A DNA stretch of 64,000 nucleotides from Octopus sinensis (GCF_006345805.1 NC_043005.1:94364001-94428000); one strand, 5' to 3'. Numbered from the stretch's first letter, positions 1 through 13,782 are shown. The notes: generated by a model from the letters alone, not told the origin. Program-made: numbers and translations.

Positions 1-1294
1 ATATATATATATATATATATAATATATATATATATATATTTATACATGTATATATATATATATATATGTGTATGTGTATGTATATGTATATATAGGGAAA
101 ATAAGTTCAAAAGAGAACAATTCAAACTATATATATATATATATATAGTCTTCCACTACCCTCCTATTTCTTTGTCTCGCTCTGCACTCACAGGTCATTC
201 TTCGACACCCATCCCTTCTCCTCTCTGATTCCTTCTTTCTCTCTCTTCTCTCTCTTTGTTGCGTTTTGTCCCCCTTCTCTCTCTCTCTTCCTTGCTTCTC
301 TTTCTTTTCTTTTCCCTCTTCTCTGTCACGTGACTGTTGGCCGAAATCTGCCTTTCAGCTCCTGACCCTCGTCGTGTTAACATCGTTGTTTTTCGTCCGC
401 CGCTATAAAGGCTTTTTCCAATGCGCCAGAGAAAAAATTTGTTTGCTTGTTATCAGTCGTAAGACACTTGTTGTTTTCACCGTTAATGCTTCTGTATTTC
501 ATGTTTCTGTATTCCATTATTGTTTTTTGTTTTTTTTTATATCTGTCCCTTTTGCTGTCCTGGTGTTCGTATGCATTCGATCCTTCTTCCAGGAAATCTA
601 CGCTTCCAGCTTAGTTTTTCTAATGCTCGTTGCTTAGTTTTTCTTGGAGGGCTGGCCGTGATCTAGTAATCTCAAGATTAATCAGCCGAAATTACTACGA
701 TGATCCGGTTCTTGACTGAAGACTGAGGGGTTCGAATGTCCTGTCCATGTTTATTGTATCGTCTTCTATGAGTTATACGTTCTTGTCCATGTTGTATTTT
801 TCTACATACCTTAATATATATATATATATATACATGCATGTATGTAGACACACACATATATGACTACATACACACCGACACACATATACATGCACTCCAT
901 ACACACATATACATATATGTATTGTGTGTGTCTTAGTCTGTGTATGTGTTAATATGCATATATATTATATATATATATATGAGTGAGTGAGTGAGTGAGC
1001 AAGTGTGTGTGTGTGCGCGCGCGCGCGTATCTGTTGAGTATTGTTTTGCGAGCAATAATAAAAGAAAAGAATATTACCATAGTTCCAAAGCTGATAATTT
1101 ACAGATCCGAAACCTTTACATTGTGTCAAACATTAACTGCAGAGAAGAACCCTCCAAAATACGGATGCGTGAAGCCTTTTCTTTGTTTTTTTTTTTCTAA
1201 ATAAATATCTAAAACTTACCGACATGATTACAATATTATTAGTCATGTAGCTAATTTTCTGGCAACCCCTTCTCATTATAATTTTTAAAATTCA

Positions 1295-1720
1295 CTATCG
1301 TCCAGGTGCCTTCTCTGTGTTCAGAGGTCGGATTGACAAAACTCTCAAGTTTTCTCTGCATTGTACTGCGTGCATACAGTTAGCCAGGATCCTGTTTCCA
1401 TCCCATTCTTTGATATCGTCAGTCTGCAAACGTCCTTGACGGTCTCCTGTTCTCTTCCTCCCGACACGTCCTGTCAGACTCGTGGCGCATCGTATGTCCA
1501 AAATTTGATAGATTTGTGCACTTGATTCTTCACAATAAGTGTCTTTTGACTTCCAACTTTTCTATTACTGCAGCGTTTGTTAACGTGTATTTCCAGCTCA
1601 TTGTGCTCAATTTACGGAAGATCCACATCTCAAGCAGTAAATCAGAAATGTTGATGATTTTAATATTAGGTATTTACTATTCGCCATTAAATATGTTCAC
1701 TAATGCTTAACTGTTGATTT
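1295..1720 (-). mobile_element. RTE-clade LINE remnant (3' part of ORF, degraded)
   Basis: Minus-strand translation gives EMWIFRKLSTMSWKYTLTNAAVIEKLEVKRHLL..FGHTMRH and GRVGRKRTGDRQGRLQTDDIKEW. These resemble the RTE C-terminal motifs EMWxxRRMLxISW..FGHxMR and GKRxRGRxRxRWxDDIKEW. Confidence 0.65.
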
Positions 1721-2097
1721 TTATGCAGATGCCTTCTCTATGTGATTAACGTTAATATTTTGTTGGGCTGGGAAAATCAAGTTTCTGCCTGGAAACGTGT
1801 ATCAACAATTGAATAGATTTCAGTGTCAACGTCTCAATATCAATCTTGTTAACATCATATTGTGGGGCCATTTAGTGATACATATTTTATCTAACTCTGA
1901 CCCTTCATATCAAAGATTACTCACTCTTTACCGTACGATCCCTTGTATTAAACAGTAGTTCTAATGGCTGACGAAATAGAGTTGTTCGGGTGCAGCTTTT
2001 CACATTGTTCAGCAATGCTGTTCAAAAATACTTCCTCAAGGAAGCAAAAGCAGCATCTATGACCTTTTATTATTTCTTTTTCGGTTGAGGCGGATTT

Positions 2098-2285
2098 AAG
2101 GCGGTGGGCTGGCAGAATCGTCCGTTTTCATTTTTCTGAGTTTTTACGTTCTGAGTTCAAAATACCGCCATGGTCAATTTTGCCATTCATCCTTTCGGGA
2201 TCGATAAAATAAATATCAATTGAGCATTGAAGACAGTGTAATCGACTCTCCCATCCCTCAAATTTGTGGGCCTTGCGCCGGAATA
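2098..2285 (+). mobile_element. tRNA-derived SINE (diverged)
   Basis: A-box-like GGCTGGCAGAATCG, B-box-like GAGTTCAAAATACC, and a body CCTTTCGGGATCGATAAAATAA..GTAATCGAC shared with the minus-strand copy at 9888-10085. Confidence 0.6.
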
Positions 2286-2613
2286 GGAGATTATTTAAGA
2301 TACATAAGTAATTAGATTACAGCGATGTCTATCTCAAATCATTGAGAATATAATAAATTAGGAAAATTCAAAAACGGCACGCGTCACGTTTGTATTTAAA
2401 GAAGTAGCGGTTTCTCATTTGATAATGAGATAACTTATAATACTCCCAATAATTTGGGTTAATTAAAATAAATTTAACTTAAAATAATTAGGTATGCATA
2501 TAAATTACGTAATTATGATATAAATGATACTTAGTGCTAATGAAACAGTTATTGAGCGTATTTGAGCTACTATAAACTATTTCTGAAATGCATACTTACA
2601 AACTTTTTATCAT

Positions 2614-2755
<142 letters not shown>

Positions 2756-3306
2756 GTAATTCTCTATATGTATATATATTTACACATCTATATTATAAAA
2801 TATATATTTATACATATTTATATACATATACACATACACATACACACACACACGCACGTGCACACACATTTATCTATATGGTGGCTGCCCCCTCGTTATC
2901 GAGTATGGCCATTGCACGAAGCTAAATCAATGTTGTTATCGTGCAATGCTTGTGCAAGAAGATTTTTTTTTAAAGTGAGGAAAGGCTGTGCACTGAGTCA
3001 ATCCCACTCACCAAGCAACAGCAGCCATAATCCGAAAAGAAGAACAAGTCAATATCATCGGTAACAACTGAGCCGCAGGTTTTATGTCGGAGTTATCCCA
3101 GTTACCTGAGTTACCTTCTCCTAGAAGGATGCCCTAACAAAGGCTAGGAGTCCTTCACTCCCAATGGTTTAACCGCGCGATCGGGTATTCAGTCCGATTA
3201 TTTCTATGTCCCCGCGCATAATACAGCCTTACGACATTTATTGGATGGCCGTTGACTCTCAAGAGTTCCTCCGCCCTTATATATTCATACATACATACAT
3301 ACATAC

Positions 3307-3382
<76 letters not shown>

Positions 3383-4399
3383 TATATATATATATGGGAA
3401 GAAATGGAGGGAAGAAATGGAGCTGAATGAAGATTCTACAAAATTCCTTTTTATTATTTTCTACACATGTTTCAAAGGCTGCAAATTTCCAAATTCGGAT
3501 TGAATAAGGAGACCATTTTGCAGCTTTCTCTTCAGGAAAAACCAGGAATTTAAATCTCCAAACAAATGCGCAGCAAGCTATCCGAACAAAACGCTCCCTA
3601 GGAGCCCATGGTAAGGCACAAAACTGTCTCTCAATGTGCGTTGACGTCAGGGTGGGTGAAGGCCGACGAAAAAGTCCGTTGGAATAAATCGAGGTCAAAC
3701 TGCGGTTAAATTTGGTAGGGGAAGAATTCCAGAAAACCAAAGAGTGTGAATATATTCTGTATAACTAATGTTAATGTTCGAATTGTTTTAAGAATGAAAG
3801 CTATCTTATTTGGATGTGAGAAACTACTTACATGTATGTGTGTGTGCGCCTGTGTATGTGTGGCAGTATGTTAGGAAGCAGCTAGAGGGAAAATATATTG
3901 CAGATATTGTAGGTCAAGCGGCTGATAAAAGCCTGTGTCTGTGTGTTCGTCTGTGATCAGTTTATACACAGATGACTTGTCAAACAAGGGGAGTATAATC
4001 CCTGATATTATTTCTAAATAAGTAGCAGATCATACGCTAAAAGGGGAGTAATTTCCCTTTACAAATTTAATTCAAAATCTTTTTCCAAATGCTTTCCAAA
4101 ATTTTTTTCCTTTCTTAGGACATCAAGGTGTTAATTATCTTAGGCTTCAATTGTATGCAAGAAATGTGTGCCGCCTCCAGTGGGGACATCTGAAAGAGTT
4201 TTGCAAAATCGCGTTAACTAGCTGCCCTCGGGCGAACAAAATGTGAAAAATTTCAGAGTTGCAGAGATTACAGATTCTTTTGCCTCTATCAAACGGTACA
4301 GACACCGATAAATATATATAACAAGGATAGGAATTGCTCACAAACTGTTCTGATGATAAACCCGTTTCATTATGGTACAACATTATGTACGTCTGTCTG

Positions 4400-4430
<31 letters not shown>

Positions 4431-4590
4431 TCAAATGTGTGTGTAGGATGTTTTGGCATCGCTGATGGAACTAGATATAAATTGCGAAGTAGCTATAAAC
4501 ATTTCAGGTCTCACTTCTCTGAATTTTGTTTAATTATGTACATGTATAAGTATGTGTTTATATCTATATCTATATCTATTTTTCTATCTG

Positions 4591-4640
<50 letters not shown>

Positions 4641-4641
4641 C

Positions 4642-4692
<51 letters not shown>

Positions 4693-6603
4693 CGTCGCTT
4701 CTATAAGTATTGACTCTCGAGCCATTATTGCGGAAGCTGGCATCTCTGAGGGGCATCCCGCGAGAACTGGGATGCGGGACGGCGTGTCTGCATACGCGTA
4801 CGACGTCACCGTCATAGTGTCTAGCCACGAGCACATCGAGCAGGTCGGCGAGACACTGAAAAACTACGAAGCGGTGACAGGAGCGAAAATCAACCGGGAA
4901 AAGTCAGTGGGCTTGCGACTCGGCACCTGGAGAAGCAAGCCCATGCCGTCCACCAGCACCTCCGTCGTGGGACGCTGGACCGACGGTCCGGTCGAGTTGC
5001 TCGGAGTCTGGTTCGGTCCGGACCTCCAAGTGGAAAAGAACTGGAACGAGATAACGAGTAGGGTGGTCACTCTCGCCCGGCAATGGGCCGAGAGGAAACT
5101 GTCCCTAAAAGGTCGGGCGGAGGTGGCGAACGCGTTCATCGCGTCCGTCATCTACTACTGCCTGACCGTCGTGCCTTGTCCCGATCCTACCATCACCAAA
5201 CTAGAACGCATTCTCTTCCGCTTCTTGTGGAAAGGATGCGTCCCGATGGTCAGGCGATCCATTTGCTGTCAACACCCGTTAAAAGGAGGACTGGGCATGC
5301 CGTGGTTGATGATGCGCAGACACGCGCTGAGACTGCGACATCTCAGGCTCTTCGTAGACGACGGTGATCAGGTATGGTCGCCGTTTGTGGGGCACGCTTT
5401 CCCGCAGCTCGTCTCTATGACCGAACTGCAGTCGTGGATCAAAAAGAGGCCGAGGAAGGGCGAATGGCACCGCGAGTGTCGCGTTGCTCTCAAGCAACTC
5501 TGCCGTCTTGGGTCGACCTTGAGTGACTCCATCACAACCAAAGCATTCTATAGGGGATTAGAGGAGGGAGGTACGACGACGAGCTCGGGGCGAACCTGGA
5601 TGATGAGGAATACCTGACTCGCCTGTTCGGGACGACTTTCGGGCCAGGGCCCATGGACAACTTCCAGAGATCCCTGGCCTGGCAGTGCTACCGAGAAGCG
5701 CTACCCGTTCAGGATAAGCTCTACAGACACGGCTCGAGAAACACGGGGCCGACCTGCCCGAGATGCGTTCTGAGCGACGAAACTGTTCTGCACGCACTCG
5801 TGCAGTGTCCAACAATTTCCGACCTGTGGGCTTATGTCGAACAACTGCTGTCACGTGTGGGACGAGTCGGTTTATCAGCTGAGTCTATCGTCAATATTGT
5901 AACGCCTCCTTCCTTCAAATGGGAAGGAAGAGCTATTTTCATCATCCTTGTGGCTATGGCGAAAGAATGTATCTGGTGGACACGTCTGAAAGGATTGGAG
6001 ACAAACACTTTCCTCTCTGGTCAATCTCTCATCAACTTCTTCAAGTACCACTTGAAAAGGAAAGTGAGAGTAGAGAGGCAAGTTTTGTCTAGCGAATGTT
6101 TAAAAAAAAGATGGGTGAATGTAGCAAGGATGGCACGTATGAATAACAAAGCCACCTTGAGCATAATCCTATGAACCCAGAAATTGAAAACAGAGGGTTA
6201 CCCACTTGCAAACAAATGTGGTAACATATAACAATATTGACCGAGGTTACCGTGGTCTTTTTCGTAGGCTTTTCTTCCCACGGATAAGCCTTATCTGCTT
6301 CCCCCTTTACACCGTACATCATGACACTGATACACGATCCCTATTGATCGTTTTTTTCCTCTTCCCCTTTTTTCCTCTTTTTTCTTCCTTTTTCTTTTCT
6401 TTTGTTTCTTTTCCTATTTTTCCTTTTTTTCTTCTTTATTTCTTTTTTTCCCCTTTTTACGGTCCCTTTTGATCGAAAACCTACGCCACTTTTGTTTTGT
6501 TTCTTTTGTTTTTTGTTTTTTGTTTTTTTCATCCCCCAAAAGAAAAGCTCTACCTTGTAATTTGTCCCATCTGTGTGCAGCCCTGTGTGGCCAATAAAGG
6601 AAC
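4693..6603 (+). mobile_element. 5'-truncated Tx1-clade LINE (copy A, same family as 21407-27454)
   Basis: Highly similar to 25563-27454. It carries RT motif AY-DVTVIV, the thumb region, CPRC..ETVLHALVQCP and a 3' UTR ending in AATAAAGGAAC. Flanked by (TATC)n at 4584-4692 and 6605-6782. Confidence 0.93.
4772..6174 (+). pseudogene. Tx1 ORF2 C-terminal fragment (RT end, thumb, Cys/His motif), frameshifted
   Basis: ORF-track peptides 4772-5617 and 5653-6174 match ORF2 of the full-length copy. Confidence 0.88.
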
Positions 6604-6657
6604 TTATCTATCTATCCATCCATCCATCCATCCATCCATCCATCCATCCATCCATCC

Positions 6658-6757
<100 letters not shown>

Positions 6758-6785
6758 GTCTATCTATCTATCTATCTATCTATAT

Positions 6786-6914
6786 ATAAGTTCAGTTAAA
6801 TTTAGATTCAGTTGAATATGGTACTTAAGTTAAAGGCACCAGAATTTGGTATGGTATTTATCCATATAATTCAAAATGGGGTGATTACAATCATATCCTT
6901 GTTGCTTATTTTGA
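6786..6914. repeat. Terminal fragment of the stem-II-expanded hammerhead/PLE family
   Basis: 6786-6892 is the reverse complement of the segment at 20870-20970 and 16602-16700 (ATAATCACCCC...). It is followed by CTTGTTGCTTATTTTGATTAT, as at 20851-20872. Confidence 0.6.
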
Positions 6915-6915
6915 T

Positions 6916-6949
<34 letters not shown>

Positions 6950-7447
6950 TGTATGTATGTATGTATGTATGTATGTATGTATGTATGTGTGTGTGTGAAT
7001 ATGAATATAGAATATAGTGAATATAGTGTATGTTGCAATGCACGAAATATCTTCCAGTTCGCCGGGTCCTGAAATTTATACGTAAGAAGAAAAAAAACAC
7101 TGAGCTGAGATTCACACTTCTGAAAGGACGTTGTACTTGAGACCATTCGTTCAGATATGCAAACAGATGATAATCTACAGCCTGTAACAGCACACCACTA
7201 TTATTGTGAATATTTATCTTTCATTTCGCTCTGTTTACGTATGTTTATTGGCCATATAATATCTCTCTAGCTAGAATTTCACAACTTGTGAGGTAATTAT
7301 CTCGTTTAATCCAATCTCACGACGCTTCCGCGATCCCCTCGCGTTTAATACGATGAACTCTTACTCATTATCGTCTCCATCTAACGGCACCACAGTACCA
7401 CAGTAATGGAAACAATTATATTGGATGAGACGTTTTTCTGCATAAGC

Positions 7448-7492
<45 letters not shown>

Positions 7493-7527
7493 ATATAGAT
7501 ATATATATATATATTATATATATATAT

Positions 7528-7568
<41 letters not shown>

Positions 7569-7745
7569 ATTCCATATGCACGTAAATTTACACACACACA
7601 CGCACGCACGCACACACACACACACACACACATATATGTATATACACACACACACCTACAGTCAGAAAGAAACAGAAGTGTCTTTTTCCGTTATCTTTCT
7701 TTTCTTTTCTATTCTTCCATGTATGCATGCAAGTATGTATAATAG

Positions 7746-8075
7746 GTGCTAGAGCGTAACAGACCTGACCTAATGGTGGTCGACAAGATGCACCACGTTT
7801 GCTGTATAGTTGATGTTGCGTACCCCTTTGACCCACGAATAGTCAAGAAGGAAGGCGACAAAAAAAAAAAAGAGAAATACAACCCTCCTAAGTACGAAAT
7901 AGTCCGGCTATGGAAAATGAAGAAGGTAAAAGTAGTGCCAAATGTTGTTGCGTTCTTGGGGACAGTATCAGGAGGCATGAAGAGGAATATAAAAGAAATT
8001 GGAATGAAGTGCCCAGAAGAACTGTAACAAAAGTTTTACCTCCTTGGTACGGTCTAAATAATCAGGAAAGTCTTA
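7746..8075 (+). mobile_element. R2/R4-type non-LTR fragment (restriction-like endonuclease domain)
   Basis: ORF 7746-8027 contains NRPDLMVVDK..CCIVDVAYPFD..EK..KY, a PD-(D/E)xK RLE signature. Confidence 0.75.
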
Positions 8076-8089
8076 CATAAGTGAAAAGA

Positions 8090-8502
8090 ACGGATAGCAT
8101 GGTACCGTACAGCAAACTTGCTACGCATGTAAGACTCCAGGAGTTCCAACGAAACCTGTGATAAAAAGAAAATAATAATAACAGTAATAAACTATGACGA
8201 TTTGCAGTATGCAAATTCGCAGGTTGTAGGAAATGAAGAGAGTGTACATCATACCAATAGTAATTGTCGCACTTGGAAGTATCGGCACTCAACCACCGAC
8301 ATGGCTCAAAAGAATTGGTACAAATGCAAAGATAGAACACCTATAAAAATCACCATTGCTTGGAAATGCAGGAGTTCTCCGCAACGTTCTTGAATCAGGA
8401 CCGGGAAACAAGTGTCAACTTAGTCTGCTGGTTGTGAACAGCTGACGTTTTCCACCATACGCAACCAAGTAATCTGAGAGTTTTCGTTAAATACTAATAA
8501 TC
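8090..8502 (+). mobile_element. Second R4-like 3'-end fragment
   Basis: Frameshifted translation RVYIIPIVIVALGSIGTQPPTWLKRIG..LLGNAGVLRNVLES matches the RLE C-terminus. The segment ends in a short TAATAAT tail. Confidence 0.6.
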
Positions 8503-8511
8503 ATGATCCCA

Positions 8512-8826
8512 TAGACATGGCTGTGTGGTTAAGAAGCACAATTTGGGGCTACATGGTTCCGGGTTCAGTTCCTTGGGCAAGTGTCTTCCACTACAGCCCC
8601 GAGCTGACCAATGCATTGTGAATGAATTTGGAAGACGGAATCTGTGCGGAAGCCAGTCATGCACAGAAATACATGCACCGATATAGGTTTACATTAATCA
8701 AAGTATTCAGTGTTTATCGTTTCATTTCAGCCGAGGTTACCTATCTCTTTCGTATTGGCTATTAAATAACTAAATATTAGAAAATAGAACGGTTAAGCGA
8801 TTAATTAATATAATTCAGAGGTGGTA

Positions 8827-8907
<81 letters not shown>

Positions 8908-9135
8908 TATATGCATTTATGTATCTATGTATGTGCGTTTGTGTATGCACCCCTCACCGCTTGACAACCGGTAATAGTTTTTCTACGTCCGTGTAGCACA
9001 GCGGTTCGGCAAATGTCTTTCATAGAATAAATACCAGACTTTAAAATAAAAATGTACTGGGGGTAAATTTGTTCGACTAAATCCTTCAAAGTAGTGTTCC
9101 AGCATGGCCACAGTCCAATAATTGAGACAAGCAAT
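8512..9135 (+). mobile_element. tRNA-derived SINE (head 8512-8665, tail 8950-9135, interrupted)
   Basis: Head TGGCTGTGTGGTTAAG..GGTTCAGTTCC..GGCAAGTGTC. Tail CCGCTTGACAACCGG..CAGCATGGCCACAGTC matches 61007-61180 (reverse complement) and 56870-57035. Confidence 0.65.
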
Positions 9136-9569
9136 AAATAAAAGATTAAAGGTAAAACCTAGATACACCGGATCTTTATTCAATTGGGATTTTCGCTCAG
9201 AAACCTCACGTTCTTAAAATATATTTCTGTAGGAGATGATTAATCAGCGAAGTCTCAAGTAAATGCTATTATACATAGGTAGGGCAACTAGGAAGAGAGT
9301 GAGAGTGGGGGGGGGAGAAAGAGAGGGAGAGAGGAGGAGAGAAAGAGAGGGTGAAGAAAGAGAGGGAGGGAGAGGGTAAGAAAATTTAAGATGCTTATCT
9401 GATTAGTCATTTGATTGTAATATATGCTGATTCTCTGAGTGTTTGCTGAATATGCATATTTTAATGATAATTCGGTAAATGTCGTTTATGTCCTCATATC
9501 CTCAAATTCTATTCTCGGAAATATATTTAATTAATGATCTTGATAATGCGTTGTCAATGTAGTGAGATA

Positions 9570-9664
<95 letters not shown>

Positions 9665-9887
9665 CAGACAGAGAGATAAATATATGGACAGAAAGAGAGC
9701 GAGAGAGTTGAGGAAGGAGAAAGAATGTAAATTAACATGGTCACAAAATTATAGCTTTATTAAACGTTTGAAATATGAATATAAATACGGTTGTAGCGAT
9801 ATTATTAACATCTGCTATCATCAGTCAACACTACAATTATAACCACCACCAACATCGCTATCATAGTTACACTACCGTAACCTATTT

Positions 9888-10085
9888 CTTTACTACCCAC
9901 AAGGGGCTAAACACAGAGAGGACAAACAAAGAAAGACAAACGGATTAAGTCGATTACATCGACCCCAGTGCGAAACTGGTACTTAATTTATCGATCCCGA
10001 AAGAATGAAAGGCAAAGTTGACCTCGGCGGAATTTGAACTCGGAACGTAACGGCAGACAAAATACGGCTACGCATTTCGCCCGTC
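9888..10085 (-). mobile_element. tRNA-derived SINE
   Basis: Reverse complement has B-box GAGTTCAAATTCCGCCGAGG and the GGGTCGATGTAATCGAC body. Confidence 0.7.
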
Positions 10086-10147
10086 TCCAAATAGAATCTG
10101 TTCGATCAGGCTTATATAACTAAACAACAACAGTACCACCACCAACA

Positions 10148-10220
<73 letters not shown>

Positions 10221-10221
<1 letters not shown>

Positions 10222-11705
10222 TATTCAGCATGCAAGCATGAAAGAGAAAATCAGGAAGGAATGTTATAGGAGAGTTCGTGCAGTCCTGAAATCTGAACTA
10301 AATGCACGTAACAAGGTGTTAGCTATAAATTCCTTAGCAGTTCCAGTTGTTACTTATAGCTACAATGTGTTGAACTGGAATATGAGTGAAGTAAAGAATA
10401 TAGATAGAAAAATACGCAAGCTGCTGAGTTGTAATAGGATGCACCACCCAAAAGCAGACGTAGATCGTCTTTACCTTCCCAGAGCCCAAGGAGGTCGAGG
10501 CCTGATCCAATTTGAACTAGCTTACAAAACAACCACAATTGGACTGGCCAAATATCTCGAAATATCGAATGACTGGATGCTAAAGCTCGAGGAAAATCAC
10601 GAGAGACGAAAGAAGCTTCATTCTATCATAAAGGAAAGCAAAAAATTTGCTATTGATCTCGTGCAGGATACCCAAACTGAACAACCCGAGGGAAGTACGG
10701 CAACTATTGTTGCAAAGAAGGTGAAAATGATGGCAATGAAGAAAGCGCACGAGCAATTGGTTGATAGGTGGGAGGAGAAACCTCTGCACGGCAAATATGT
10801 GACCCGCAGCAAACAAGCTGATGTTGACCAGAAGCAAACCCATCAGTGGCTACGGAGCTCAGGGCTAAAAGCAGAGAGCGAAGGTTTCATCCTGGCTGCT
10901 CAAGATCAAAGCCTATTAACCCGGAACTACCAGGCCAATGTGATGAAAAATGGAGCAGACCCAAAATGCCGATTCTGCAACGACATGATTGAAACAGTGG
11001 ACCACCTAATCTCTGGATGTAAAGTCTTAGCACCAGTGGAGTATAAATTAAGACATGACAGAGTTGGCCAATATCTCCACTGGCTAATAAGTCGGCATTA
11101 CAATATCAAAACTGCCGACAAGTGGTATAATCACCACCCTGAGGCTGTAACTGAAGGAGAAAATGTAACGATTCTGTGGACTTTCCAGTACATACAGACC
11201 GAACCATCAAGGCCAATAAACCAGATATTGTTGTGAAAGACCAAAACAATAAAGTTTGCTTATTGATCGACATGAGCATCCCCTGTGATCATAATATCTC
11301 AGCGAAAGAGTTGACAAGCTCAGAAAATATAAAGACCTACTCATTGAAATTGAGAAAATGTGGCATCTCAAGGCGGTTACAATACAGTGATCGTAGGAGC
11401 ACTAGGAATGATCAAGAAGGGAACCGAAAATTATATGAGAATGATCCCTGGCTTACCATCCCTGCAAGAAGTGCAAAAGATTGTCTTAACTGGTACATCA
11501 CACGTATTGAGAAGAGCATTGTCGATGTGAGAACTGTTGCTGCTCATGTATTTTAATTTAACTTGAAAAAAAAAAAAAAAAAAAAATGAACGAACTACTG
11601 AGTTTGGTTTAATGGCCTACCAATGTATGCTATGAGTTTCTTTGCCCTAGAAGTCGGGAAGACACTCGGCAAGAAATGGAAGCAAATTTGAAAGAAGAAA
11701 AAAAA

Positions 11706-11738
<33 letters not shown>
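10221..11738 (+). mobile_element. 5'-truncated R4/Dong-like non-LTR retrotransposon inserted in (TAA)n
   Basis: RT thumb, CCHC motif CRFC..ETVDHLISGC and RLE KPDIVV..LIDMSIP. (TAA)n lies at both ends (10149-10220 and 11707-11738). Confidence 0.88.
10238..11556 (+). pseudogene. R4/Dong ORF C-terminal part, frameshifted near 11180
   Basis: ORF-track peptides 10238-11236 and 11176-11556. Confidence 0.85.
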
Positions 11739-11965
11739 TGCTCTGATGCAATACCAGGCAGTGGCTCTCATGGCTTCTGATCTTAACTGATTGGAAGCCA
11801 CGTGAGAGCATCTTTCTAACGACTGACAAGGGAGACAAGCTCTTTCCCTACGGCAAGGAAGATGGAGTCATAACGCTGAATGCTGGTGCTCACTACCACC
11901 CTCGTCACTTTAGTAATGACCATACCTGTTGCCTTTCGGTTGTAAATTGCGAATAGCCACCTTAA

Positions 11966-12012
<47 letters not shown>

Positions 12013-12117
12013 CCTGCTCGCTTAGCCAGCGGGGTGGCGTCGTACGAAAGCTAAAAAACAATGCGAACGCATTGTGACCAGCGATGTGTAGCAACATTTG
12101 ATGGTCTGGTCAGTCCA

Positions 12118-12148
<31 letters not shown>

Positions 12149-12361
12149 TTTATACACATACACACATACATACATACATACATACATACATCCATCCATA
12201 CATACATACATACATACATACATACATACATACATACATACATACATACATACATACATACAATTAATCCAAACATGAACAAAGAGGAAACACAACAATG
12301 CGAGGACTTGGAACAAGTATAGTGTTATTGGACGCTCAGGAAAGGAAAGAAAGAAGGAGGA

Positions 12362-12394
12362 TTTAATGTTTCGAGCGGAGCTCTTCATCAGAAA
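12362..12394 (-). ncRNA. Minimal (PLE-type) hammerhead ribozyme motif
   Basis: Reverse complement: TTT CTGATGA A GAGC tcc GCTC GAAA CAT TAAA. The core is intact, but stem III has G>A relative to copy 2. Confidence 0.65.
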
Positions 12395-12592
12395 CATAGG
12401 AAAAGGAAAGATCCAGAGAAGGGAAGACAGAGGAAAAATCGCCAACGGTACACACGCGGTCACAGTATACATATATATATATATATATATAAAGTTAATC
12501 CAAACATGAAAGCACAAAAAAACACAACAACGCGAGGACGTGGAACAAATATAGTATTATTGGACGCTCAGGAAAGAAGGAAAGAAGGAGGC

Positions 12593-12625
12593 TTTAACGT
12601 TTCGAGCGGAGCTCTTCGTCGGAAA
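12593..12625 (-). ncRNA. Minimal hammerhead motif, copy 2
   Basis: Reverse complement: TTT CCGACGA A GAGC tcc GCTC GAAACGTT AAA. Stem III is the palindrome AACGTT, and the core has U4>C. Confidence 0.55.
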
Positions 12626-12943
12626 CATAGGAGAAGGAAAGATCCAGAGAAGGGAAGACAGAGGAAAAAAATCGCCAGCGGTACACACGCGGTCACATTT
12701 TGAAATATATATATACGAAACCGCGGTATGCTTGAATCTCTTCAATAATCTCATAATAATGATTTTTATGACGTTTATTACTTTTATTCCTACCTCAGTT
12801 CATCTAATTGTATGTATCTGTCGTTACCTTTCATAAAAAGCCTTTTCTTTTTTTTATTTACAATGTGCATTTTCGTTGATTTTTCTCACGTGTAGTTTCT
12901 ATTTTTTTGTAACATATTTCAACTATATATATGTATATATATA

Positions 12944-13782
12944 TCTTTATATATATAAAACTGAGAATGTGTGTCTGTCTGTCTGTCTACCCGTGTGTTT
13001 TCCTAAAACTTGAGAACTACACAACCAATTTCATTCAAATTTTACACATGTCTTACTTAGGATCCGGGGAGTGTCATCGGCAAAATTTTTTTAACTTTTT
13101 GCCTAGGGCGAGCCCACAGCAATATCATATCTTCTCCACTACGATTCCCTAAAACTTGAGAACTACACAACCAATTTCATTCAAATTTGACACATGCCTT
13201 ACTTAGGGTCCATGTAGTTTCATGGGCAAAAAAAAATGTTCAACTTCTTGCCTAGAGCGAGCCCATAGCAATATCATATCTTCTCCACTATTTCAGTATT
13301 ACGTGTTAAAAGTGAAACAAAAATATTTCTCTATTTTATGTCAGATAATTGAATTATATGTAGTAAGTAATAATTAAAATCAAACTAAAGTATAATATAA
13401 CAAAAGTAAAAATAGCAATTGGTATAAAATTGCATCAATGATTTGAACTTGAATAAGTGATTTCACATGAATGGGAATAAATTAAAAATAAAATTAGCGT
13501 TCAGAAATGGAATAGTCCAGATGGATAATAAAAAATTAAATTAAAGAAAAGACTATTGTCTATAAAGTATACAATGAAGAGAAAAAAGAAGAGCTAACAA
13601 TTCCAGTTTGTTATATATTTTGAGTATTGTTATCACTAGCGATATCAAGATACAACTTTGTATTTTGCATTTTGTGTGTAGATGTATATATATATAGATG
13701 TACATGTAATATGTACACATATATATACACATATATACATGCACTAGCACTATGACCCGGCAACGACGGGTCTTTAATGCTA

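Larger units (their letters stand above)
12264..12697 (-). repeat. Tandem pair of ~200-bp non-coding units carrying minimal hammerheads (12264-12464, 12495-12697)
   Basis: Two similar units separated by (TA)n. A third copy lies at 51210-51414. Confidence 0.85.

Noticed and set aside
640-740. Possible hammerhead pieces (GGCTG..CAGCC GAAA; CTGAAGA..GAATGTC)
   Set aside because: Core and stems cannot be assembled into one consistent fold, and stem I does not pair.
2875-3200. Minus-strand segment resembling an RTE 5' UTR, possibly with an HDV-like ribozyme
   Set aside because: Only a simple hairpin (CTCCTAG/CTAGGAG) is evident, and I could not trace the nested double pseudoknot by eye.
3285-3740. 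151-aa minus-strand ORF as a host exon or transposase (WSPYS resembles WPPYSPDL)
   Set aside because: One weak motif only, with no splice context or other catalytic residues. It ends in a microsatellite.
12700-12735. GAAACCGCGGTA, a plausible 3' half of a hammerhead
   Set aside because: No intact 5' core or paired stem I/II upstream. It may be a truncated remnant.
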